This document shows positions 1 through 40,099 of a stretch of 64,000 nt of DNA, in pieces. The notes beneath the pieces were generated by a model that was given only the letters and a program-made list of their open reading frames with translations, made no database searches and was not told the DNA's origin. The position numbers and the translations under genes are program-made. The stretch covers positions 9,920,001 to 9,984,000 of the forward strand of contig CM022666.1 in the NCBI GenBank assembly GCA_012295275.1, written 5' to 3'. This DNA is from Chrysomallon squamiferum (taxonomy: Eukaryota > Animalia > Mollusca). Each line of letters opens with the position of its first letter. The first letter of the stretch is position 1.

Positions 1-1162
1 AACTTCCAATAAACCAGTAATGCAGTGAAATGAAACCAATCAAATCAAATAATTAAATATAAGATGTGTTTCTTAATAGTTAAAATATTTATTATGTATT
101 GTTTTCTTCATATAAATATTTACCACAGAATGTGTTAAATAATTTGATATGATAAGTAATTTCCATCAACCAGTCAAATTTGGTCATTGAACACTGCCAT
201 CTGATTTATCACATTAAAATACAAAGACAGATTTTGTATAATCAGATTTATATGGTTATGGATGTCCGAAAGTTTTTTGTTAAAAAGTACAGACATAATT
301 TGTACAGTATTGTTCCTATGGTAACCACTTTGCAGTATTTCACTGACATTAAAATAGAAAACACATATAATGTATAACGTTTCTGTTGCCATGAATATGC
401 TGAAACATATGTTCTGTATAATAATGTTTCTATGGTAATAGCTGTTCAGAATTCAGGAATATACATTAACTAATGCTGATATATTCATATATTCATGTGT
501 GAGTTTGTTCTGTTTGTTTCTTAAGCAGGCCATCATTTAAAATACCATTTCAAGACAAATTCTTAATATTTTTAAATTTCATGTTTTCGCTGTCATAATC
601 AAATAACCAATATTTAATGTATTAATTTTTTTTGTTTTTTTAGTAATGTGTTGTCTTCCATTTTCAAAACGTTATTTAGTTCACTGGCAAAAAGACAGTT
701 AATTTTTTTAAACAGAGGTAGCTAAACACATCTATCATTTGTCTTAAAATAAACGTTTGTATACATGAATGAACTTGGTTATTAATACTTGTGTAACCAG
801 GTGTGTCATAATGTGCAAGTAGTACAACAACTTTGTGTCATGAGTCCAGTATTAGTTTTACTAGGAGTATCATGTTATTAGGGTCATTCCACAGATAAGA
901 GATAATGATGTTATATTAGATGATATCATAATTATAATTGTGTAGATTTTGGCTTTTTCAACCCACCCCCAAAAAACTACAACAACAAACAGGAGTCTTT
1001 AATTTTGTAATTGTCACATAGTGTATATGTTTTGCTGACAGAAAAACAATCTTCATGAAGCAGTTAATCCTTTTATTAAAATAATCATTTAACTACCAAA
1101 CAAACTGTTTGCCTGCTTACATAAATGCATGCACATATACCATTAAAACAGAAGCACACCAC

Positions 1163-1209
<47 letters not shown>

Positions 1210-1639
1210 AACTACTTACATATGCATGCATATTAACACATACAAAAATAATACATAAATACAGGCAGACAGACACACAGCTCTCACATATGCATGCATA
1301 CCATACACACAGGCACATAAATCATATTTGCATATGCATGCATGTTAACAGACACATATATGTAATAAAACTGTTAGCATGGATTCCATGGCAATACATT
1401 TATATTCAGTTGGAGTTACTGCTGTCATGTTAACTATCTCAACATATTTGGAACACTGCTGAAAAATAAAAAATAAAAGATTTCATTTTTCTTAGGTTTT
1501 TCGTATTTGTTGCAAGTCAGTGAAGTGTGGAAAAGCATCCAGGCTGTTGTGTGTGTTATTTTTGTTTAATTATTATTATTAGATGAAAACCTGAAACCTC
1601 TACGAAACATTTTATACCGCTTCTTTATGTTAGTAGCAG

Positions 1640-2260
1640 TCAAAGTACTTAAATCATATAAATATAAATCATAACTTAGGCAACATAAATACATAACTTA
1701 GGCCTACAAGTATAAATGATAACTTAGTCCTCATGAAAAACAACATACGCCTATGAGTATGAATCATAATTTAGGCCACATGAAACACAACATATACCCA
1801 CAAGTATAAATCAAAATATAGGCACATGAAAAACAACATAGGCACATGAAAAACAACATAGGCCTACGAATATAAATCATAATTTAGTCAACATGAAACA
1901 CAACATATACCCACAAGTATGAATCATAATTTAGGCCACATGAAACAACATAGACCCATGAGTATAAATCATAATTTAGGCCACATGAAACAACATAGGC
2001 CTACAAGTATGAATCATAATTTAGGCCACATGAAACACACCATAGGCCTACAAATATAAATCATAATTTAGGCCACATTAAACACACAATAGGCCTCCAA
2101 AGTATAAATCATAACATAGGCCTTTAAATACAAATACAATTTAGGTCACTAGAATAATAATAATTTAGTCCACAAGTATATATCATAACTTGAGACACAC
2201 AAATAAATCACAACAGGGATCACATGTATAAATTATAATTTAGACCTTATAAATAAACTT
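1640..2260. repeat. About 43-bp minisatellite (gtataaatcataatttaggccacatgaaacaacataggcctacaa)
   Basis: Visible tandem units upstream of the first located MYO7A coding exon. Confidence 0.85.
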
Positions 2261-3069
2261 TAATTTTCACCACAAATAAAAATAAATAACAGCACTATGA
2301 CAAATTCTGACTTTACACTGACAGATTTTTGTTCAAGAATTACTAGCTTCACTTGATTTGGATTGTAATATCATTGTTATAAATTATACACACCACTGTA
2401 AGTGAGATTTTATGTGAATTACATAATACCACTATTCTTTCATTTATTTTTGTATTTATTTATTTATTTACATTATTGTTATGATATTGTGATATCATTT
2501 GTGAATATAAAATTGTGTATGTTGTCACTGTAAGATAGTGTTTGTGATTTCTGTTTGATATTGTGTCTGATATATAGTTGAGATAGTAATCTCTATATAT
2601 ATTATATGTGATATCATTATATACTGTTGACCCTCAATTTCATGGGCCTAAGTTTTTCAGATTTTGGGAAATCATGACCACATCTTAAAAATTTGAACGT
2701 AACCACTATTTCCTGCTTGAAATCTAAGTTAATCATAATCCCGACTATACGAACACGGCAGTCCTCTCTGTAACAACTTACCATCAAGGTGAAAGTTAAT
2801 TTTACAATTGTATCCAACAATCCCAACTGAATAAACTTTACCCAGCCTAGCCTACATTTTTCTATTGTACATTTCTGTCTACAAATACAGTATGATATTT
2901 GCTTACTTTGTTTTTTTGTCTGTATATTGTTTTTACATTTTTGTATTACTTACTATAGAACTGTTATGTGTACTAATGTTTAATATTTCAGTAAATTTTA
3001 GGGTTATTGTTTACATTCGTGATTTCCCAGACTTGTGCTTTCTTCTGTTAGTCCATGAAATTGAATGTC

Positions 3070-3650
3070 AACTGTATATGAAATTGTGTATAATATCACT
3101 CTATATCAGATGGTATATGATATCACTATATATATCTATATATGATATTGTATGATATCACTATACATGATACTGTGCATATTACTGTATATGATATTGT
3201 GTGTAATATCATTATATATGATACTGTGTATGATATTACTATATATCATTTTATATTAGAGTTTATGTGATATAACTATATACGTACATACATACCTACA
3301 TATGCACATATATACATATAATATCTTGTAAGTGATATTCCTCTATAAGATATTGTCTTATATCACTATATATATATAAAATTATATATGATACTGTATG
3401 TGATATAACTGCATATGAGATTTTATGTGAAATCACTATAAATGCGATTGTGTGATGTCACTGTATATATGATAATGTACATAAAACCTGTCTATGTGAT
3501 AGTTTATATCACACTATATATAAATCACTCTAGGATATTGTGTGTGATAATACTATATACATGATACTTCATGTGATCACCATATATGATACTGTGTAAT
3601 ATTACTGTATATATGATACTTTGTGTGATACCACTGTGTATAAGGTGGTG
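3070..3650. repeat. Degenerate 23-25-bp minisatellite (atatcactatatatgatactgtgtg)
   Basis: Visible periodicity. Confidence 0.75.
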
Positions 3651-4174
3651 TGTGAGTTATGTAAGAACTGCTCAGTATGTTTGCTGCACTTGGTGTACAT
3701 GCAGTTTGAACAGACAGTTCTTTGATGTGAACAAACTGGAAGAGACACTAACAAGTCCAAGTCAAACAGCATATATGTTGACACGACCAGTTTTCAGGTG
3801 TAATTTGCTGCCCTCGTATTCCTGGCACCGAGCAGGGCAGTGCACGTTCTAAACATTCTCCCCCAGTCTTGTTTTCACTGTTTGAACATTGCTGGCAAAC
3901 ACTGCACATTGATCTACTGTGAAACTGCTGTGTGAAAGTAAAACATCTTCAAGATGAGCCACTGCTTTCTTCTTTCACTTTATTATTATCTTAGATTAAT
4001 CTAGGATTTAAATATAAACCTCATAAAGTGTAAAATGTTTACATACACCTATTCACATGTATACAAAATACATATGCATACATACATACATACTTTTGTA
4101 CATACTTATGTATAGAAATATCTATACACGTATGACTATTTATATAATTTTTTTTTTTTTTTTTTCTTCTTGTT

Positions 4175-4209
<35 letters not shown>

Positions 4210-4287
4210 TATCTCAAAATTTTACTTTACTGACAAGTAAAAGTGACTTTAGTTTTACCCTCCAGTGATAAATTTGAATCACTAACG

Positions 4288-4598
4288 CAGTATAAGCATC
4301 CTTTATCTGAAATGCTTAGGGCTGAATGGCTCTTGGATTTTAGAATATAAGGCCATAGCCTGAGTGTAAACATGAAATCAGTTTACATTTAATATACATC
4401 TTAACACATAGCCAGCAGATAGTTTCATTCATAATTTAAATACTTTTATAAATAAAATAAAGTTATTCTAAGTGTTAAAAAAAAAAAAAAAAATAATAAT
4501 AATAAAAAAAAACCCAAAAGCCAACAACAAAAGAACATTTGGTATTTTGGAGTATTTTTGAATTTCAGAATTTACGGATATGGGATCCTCAGTGTCTA
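4288..4598. mobile_element. Non-autonomous Tc1/mariner-Tigger(pogo)-like MITE, degenerate
   Basis: Imperfect terminal inverted repeats (agcatcctttatctgaaat vs reverse complement aggatcccatatccgtaaat), about 310 bp, no ORF; resemblance to the MER2/Tigger consensus is from memory only. Confidence 0.6.
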
Positions 4599-4629
4599 AA
4601 TAATTGTTTTTGACTACCTGAACATAAAC

Positions 4630-4797
4630 TGTAACCCTAAACCTAAACCTAACCTTAATGCTAATCCTAGCCCTTACCCTAAACTTAATTTAACTTAAAC
4701 CCTCACCCTAAACCTATTCTTAACCCTAACTCTAACCTTAACCCCAATACTAAGCCTATCATACACTTAACTGGAATCCAAACACTAATCCTAACAA
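4630..4797. repeat. Degenerate telomere-like (CCTAAC/CCTAAA)n tract
   Basis: taaccctaaacctaaacctaacc... hexamer periodicity, interstitial, next to the MITE. Confidence 0.7.
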
Positions 4798-4829
4798 GGT
4801 CTCATCTTGGGTGTTTCTGTAAATAAGAT

Positions 4830-4962
4830 TGAGATGAAAAAAGACACCTGCTATACCAATTTTTTGGTCTATTTTTTATTGATAAGCAGAAAACATTTTT
4901 TCTGTCTGACAGGGAAGTACATACCAGGGTTTTTGATAAACATACATGGAGCACTGGTTTGA
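4830..4962 (-). mobile_element. Fragment of a dispersed SINE-like repeat family
   Basis: Reverse complement caaaaaccctggtatgtacttccctgtc aligns with caaaggatctggtatttactttcctgcc at about 49568-49595. Confidence 0.5.
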
Positions 4963-5579
4963 TTAAAACATAGTTCCCTAGTTTCTTCATTCTGCTACGT
5001 TCTGTAATGTCTGTGTTACTTCATGTTTTTCATGGCATGAACAAATTCATCTGATCTTTTTCTGATTTATTAACACTCACTTTACCATAATCTGTCCACT
5101 TGAAATCCAGCTACCACTATAAACTGCTTATTAGTATGCTGAACATTCCAACATACTCAGAGTCCAGTAGTTTCTCACCAAAAATCATTTTGAAAAGCCA
5201 ATAACTTTAATGGTTTGCAGCATTTTGTGTTTTAGTTTTGTGATTTACCATAGTCAGTTATGTTTTTAAGAAAAACATTTGCCAGTCACTGCTCATTATG
5301 AAATTTCTTTGCTGGCATCAGGTATGTTAACATATGTAGCATTTATATTCTATTTTTTAATTATTTTTTAAATTTCATGCAGGGATCTAATGAAAGTTCT
5401 ACAATTGCATGGACTATATTTTTTGTTCACTCTGCATGATTTGTTTATCTTTAATGAGTAATCATAGAAACATTTGTCTTTGTCAAGCTGGAGATGTGGA
5501 AATGACAGGGCCCGTAAAAACTTGGTATATAATTGTTTTCAAACATTTAATGTGTAACAGTTTAATGCAATGTTTTTAA

Positions 5580-5616
<37 letters not shown>

Positions 5617-6974
5617 TTTTTTTAATATCCAGTTTTTAGCTTGTGAATGTGACAAAAAATAGAGTGCACACTTTCAGTGCTTATCTCAAAGTGTGCTCTA
5701 CCCATACTTAGATATACCTGGGAGTATTGAGTGTTCCAACTTTCTGTTTATTTGTATCTGTTCATTTTTCTTTAAACTTATTATTTTTTTCTTTTGTTAA
5801 TATAACTTTTCTGTCCATACATCTATCCATCCATTATTCTTTTTATTTTTCATCTTCTTTTATCTGTATTATTTACAGAAGTTTGTTTCATATTTGCTTT
5901 GTGTAATTTAAATTATATTTACTCATGAATATTTAACTGCTACATAGTTACAGAGTTTCAATATTACAAAGATTTCAAATCATTTGTGGCCTGAATTAGT
6001 TCTGAGTGGGGGTAAAAAAACAAACAAATGCTAGTTTGGCCAGAAATGCAAACATTGTTGTAAAACACATCTTTTGTATGACTGACATACCTGAATGTCT
6101 GACTGTTCCGTTTACCTGTCATCAGCTGATTATCTGACATTTACTTTTGTTGACCTTTGACTTAAATGTTGTCAAAGATGTAGATGTTTGCAGTGACTGA
6201 TGACTTAGCTGACTGTAAGTTTGAAATGCTAGATCCGGGTGGCTGCTAGACTGAATGTATCATCATTGTGGGTGTGGCTGCCGCTTTGTGTTTACCTCAG
6301 TTGTTGCTGTTCTTTATTTAAACTGCTTTATATACACCTGATTGATTTTCTGTCATAAGGTTTATTTCTATGTTGTGACTAATCTAATTAGACACATAAT
6401 AGATGCAGTAAGCTGATGTAAATGTTGTAAGCAAACTGTCAGTAGGATGTCCTGTGTCTTCACAGACTGAGCCAATATTTGTCTTTGTTTTCACTATTAT
6501 TTTAACATTTCATACAAAACCTGTTGATTCTCCTACATTTTTTTTTTTTTTTTTTTTTCTTTTCCTTTTTTCTTTCTTTCTTTCTTTTTATCTTTTCTTT
6601 CTTTCTTTCTTTTTATCATTTCTTTTCTTTCTTTCTTTTTTCTCACTCTTTTCCTCTCATTTTTTCCAGTCTTTCTTTTATCTGTGTTCATTGTTTTCTT
6701 ATCAGTGATTTTATAAATATTTTTATCATATTATCACCGGAGGCTATGCGATATCAAGTATCACCTTTTGTCTATTATAGTGACTTTACTCTGAAATATT
6801 CATTTTGTTATTTTTAAAACTGCTAATAATGTTTATCTACTGAGTTTTAGATGCATTCTTGTTTTAGGTTGTTTTCTCTAAAGCTCAGACTTCAATCAGA
6901 ATTAATATAGAAAGAAAAAATATCTCATAAATCATCTGTAGTGGTTTTATCGTATAACAATATAAATAAAAATA

Positions 6975-8100
6975 ACATTAAAGTGATAATGTATAATCTG
7001 TCAATAATATTAAAGTGACAGTAGATAATCTGTCAGTAATGCCAAAGTGATAATATATAATCTGTCAGTTATAACAAAATGATAGTACAAATTCTGTCAG
7101 TAATATCAAAGTGATAGTACATAATCTGTCGGTAATATTAAAGTAATAGTACATAAACAGTAATATTAAAATGATAATAAGTAATATTAAAGTGAAAGTA
7201 CATTATCTGGGTAATATGATAATTATATGCAGTACAATAGCATTGTCACTAATTTGATAGGTTATATATAACAGCAAATGTCAGTGATGGTTATCATGTA
7301 GTAGTATAGGTATTAGTGATAGCTGTTGCATAACTGTATAGATTTATCTACAACTTCTATAGCTTTTATAGCTGCTGTATAAATGTCAGTGTGTCTGATA
7401 GCTGTAACAATATAGGTGCCAGTGCTTTAATATAACAATACAGGTATTAGTGTTTGATTTAATATGATAGCCTAAGTGTCAGGTATTGAAAATCATATAG
7501 CAATATAGATAATAATATTTGATTGTTTTGTAAAAGGTAGGTAGGCATCAGTAATTTAATATAGTATGTGTAACATCAATTGTTAGTGTTCAGAAGCACA
7601 GAAAAATTACTTTTTATTATGTTTGTATGGTTGTTTGTAATCAATACCTATTACAGATTTCTGTGATTTGATAATTGTTTGATTACAACAGTATAGGTGT
7701 CTTACTTGATAGTAATTGTAAAGGTGTCAGATTTGATAGTAATTGTACAGGTGTTTAACTTGATAGTAATTGTATATGTGTCAGATTTGACAGTCACAAT
7801 ATAGATATCATCGATTTGGTGTCAGTGATTTGATACCAGACACATGATGTAATAATACAGGTGTTATTTGATAGTCATAATATGTGTCAAATTGTAGGTG
7901 TCAGTGTTTTGATATTAGTTACATGGTGTCACAGTATAAGTATTATTTGATAATCCTAATATATGTCACACATAGTTATCAATGGCTTGATATAAGTCAC
8001 ATGTCACAGTATAGATGTTGTTATTTGACAGTCAGAGTATATCACAGTATGGGTATTATGTAGTAGTTGTAACATATCACATTGTTTTTGTATCTGTCAC
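6975..8100. repeat. Two adjacent degenerate minisatellites (about 30-bp aatattaaagtgatagtacataatctgtcagt, then tataggtgtcagtgatttgatagt-type)
   Basis: Visible tandem units. Confidence 0.7.
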
Positions 8101-8792
8101 ACAGTAATGGTTAGAGCTGCAAGATAGTGGAATGTCATTTGATCAGCTTTACTCATGTGTCAAATGAAAGCTGAGCAAACAAAGCCAGATTTACATCTTC
8201 AGTTTGACCTGATGAGAGGTCAGCTTGGCTTCACTCTGGTAGCTGTATTTGTAAAACTAAAACATCTGGAAAAACATGTTTACTTCTCTTATTACTGAAA
8301 CATCTTCACCAGGTTTCATCTACTGATGCATAATATAACAAATTTAAAATGGCCTGTATTATGAGTGACACATTTATAAGTATATATTTGTGTAAAATAC
8401 AGGTATATAAATAATAACTGGGTCAGACATTATAACTATTTGTGGAATTTATTTATGTTAAATAAATGTATGCATTTATGTGTGAAATAGGGGTATAAAT
8501 TTATGTGTAAATAAAGGATACGTTTGTGTTTAAAATACTGGTATACATTTATGGGTAAATACTGACACACATTTATGGATAAAATACAGGTATACAGTAA
8601 CTGGGTCAGACATTCTGCAGTTGATAATTTAATGTGTAAAATTAATTTTTGTTATTGTGTGAATGCAGCATTGTTACTTAATTGCTCATAATAAAAAACA
8701 ACTAATGTGTGAATGTGTGTGTGTGTTTATGAACATTGTAAAATAGTCATAAAATTGTTTTATCTTTATTTTTTAATATTTATGTATTTCAG

Positions 8793-37210
<28,418 letters not shown>

Positions 37211-40099
37211 TGACATCAACAAGCATGTCCCAACAGTCTGTTTTCTATTTACAACTTACAACTTAAAATGCTGATTTACAAACTCAGTTGGATATTACAT
37301 AAAAGTTTTACAAACTGAATTAGGAATTACAAAAACAATAACAAAAAAAGTGTTTTACAAATTTGGATATTACAACAGTGTTTTACAAATTTGGTAAATA
37401 TTACAAAATTCTTTCCCACATTTAGAATGGATTTAGAACTTTGATTTTGCAAAATAGAATATTGTAACAGTTTTACATCTATAAGGATGTTAAACATTCT
37501 ACAAATTCAACAGGATATAACAGTTTTACAAATAGAATATTAATGTTTAAGTGGTTTCACAAATTAAAAAGAATGTTTTGAAAAGAATTTTTCTGATTAA
37601 AAGGAGAGTATAAATGTAACAAGTGAAATATATTTCAATAGATTCAATGAGATGGAATGACAGTGAACAATATAGTTGGATGTTTTAATTGGATGTTAAA
37701 AAGATAAATGTGTAAAAATAAATACTTGAAAACATTCCATTTATTCTACATTCCAAGTGGTTTACAAATATTTACATTTTTGTCAAATAATAAAATATTT
37801 ACAAATAACCTTATTTTTACATCTATGTTGATTTTTACAATAATTATTTATAGAGCAGTCATGTCAGAATAATAATTATTATTATTATTATTATTCCTGT
37901 CTGGCAGAAGAGCCAGTTTAGTGTCATTAATTAAAATATTAAATACAGATATTTATCAGTGACTGTAAAGTAATTTTATGCTAATTTTAATAAAGTGTAT
38001 TTTGGTTGTGTTCATATTCACCTATAAACTTATTCATGTTTGCCTTCCTGATTTTTTTGTTGTTGGTACTTAACTTGTGGCTTTTTTTCTGCTTTTCTTC
38101 ATTTGAAGACTTTTTATTATTTTATATGAATATTTTTTAATTTTCCTTCTCTAAACAGATTAAAATATTATAACTGAAAATGTGTGCATGTTAAATAAAT
38201 GCAGTAAATGCCACAATAAAAAGTAAAATAATTCTCTCTGTTAGAGATCACACTTGATTTCTTTTGATAAAATTTTCCACCTACAAGGCCTTTAAAAATG
38301 TATTATGCTTTTAGACTGGTAAAGCCAGACAAAAGTGTTCTTGCTGCTATTATACGCTTGAGTTAAGACATTAAAGCTGGATAATGCAAATCTTGTTTAA
38401 TGAATGTCATTGTGTTCATACATATCAGATTTTGTAAATATTACCTTTTTTTTTTTAAGTTGAGGTCAGGATTTTCTTTATTTTAATAGCTTTATGATTC
38501 AGTGGATTTTATCTGTGAATTGAAATCAGCATGATTTGGTTATGTTTGTTATTTCGCATGTTAAAAATTTACAAAGATTTAAGTTACAATTATAATTACT
38601 CGTGTCTCATGCCTAGAAAAGTGTCTCTGTATCACTCATCTCTGTTTATTCACTGTCTCTGAACTAATAGAATAAAGTCTCAATTAAAAAATGTTTTTAA
38701 TTTCATTTAGCTTCCAAGTATCTTACTGATTTATGTAAAATGTGTTTTCAAATGTTTTTTTATGATAGTTTACACACACATACATGAAAACAGACAGGTA
38801 TCATAATTTTACAAATTCTTTAAGATAAAAACTTGTTTTGCATTAACAATATAAATAAAATAATAACTTTCACATCTTTAATTGTTTTCTACCTGGTGAA
38901 TTCTTAATAACTGTTTTTGTGTTTTGTCATCTACTTATAGTGTTACGTATACTACAATTACATCTCACTACAAATTCCACTTGATTTTGCAGTAGTTACT
39001 ATGCAAGTTACATTACAGTGTACAGAATTTTAAATTATATGATTGATAAAAGGTTTTTCATTTTGAAATGCTTGATTTTTACTAGTTTAAATGTTATGCA
39101 TCTAATGAAGGGAAATGAGTTAGAAGACTGAAATATAACTTACAGAATCTGTGACTGAAATCCATCATATAGCTTTTTTATTGACTGCCAGGTGTCACAA
39201 AACAAACATACTAAAGCAATTAAAACTTCTTTTTTTTATTTAAATTTTTATGATAGAATATTTTTATTAGCACATGCTGCTAATTTATACACAGTTAAAA
39301 ATTTGCATCACAATTTGTACATTATCATTCTATGATTTTAGAAGGAACTTTTTTTTTGTATTGGTTTCATATATAAAAAACATCAATAACAAAATATATG
39401 ACATTGTGTTACTTAGATACACATTGATATATTATTTTTATGAATCATTATTTTATATGTAAATCTGATATGTAGTTTGTAGAAATCACTAACAAAAGAT
39501 TATAATAATTAATAAAGTAATGCTGAATGCTGATATTTGTCTGAGAACAATTTTAGTGTTTGATTAAGAAGACTGTGAAATGAGATTAATTCTTGTCATT
39601 ATTCTTTCTAACCCACCAGTTTGTTGGAAAACAGATAAATAATTTGTTAAATGTTTTAACTTACATTACACTTCGTAGTTTGCTTCCTTTCTTCTAAGCT
39701 ATTTATCATGTGGACTTGGGTAAAACATGCTGTATTTTTTTCTCTTTTTTTTCGTCAACAATGAACTATGCAGTTTGATTTTTAAACACAGCAAATGTTA
39801 TTTTTACAAATTCTTTTCTACTTGATGTTTTGTAAACTTGTCTCTTTTTTATCATTCACTGACTGTACACTGACATGTGTACAGAATGATTTACCAAATA
39901 AAACTTTGTAAATCTTACTTGTACAAATGATTAATATTTGCCTCTGATATACATATATAGATATATATATATATTTGAAATCAATGTAAAAATCAGAAAT
40001 AAAATATCCAGAAATATTTGATGTGTTGCTTTCTAACAGTTACATTTTTATTCCACCATGGTTATATACAGACTATTGTTACCAATACAAGCTGTAATG

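Noticed and set aside
1085-1433. HT/CV/YI-rich ORFs here and at 10644-11060, 15044-15309, 21475-22015, 22197-22794, 32359-33043
   Set aside because: Translations of (CA)n/(TA)n microsatellites; no coding signal.
4630-4797. True telomere or chromosome fusion site
   Set aside because: Short, highly degenerate, single orientation and interstitial.
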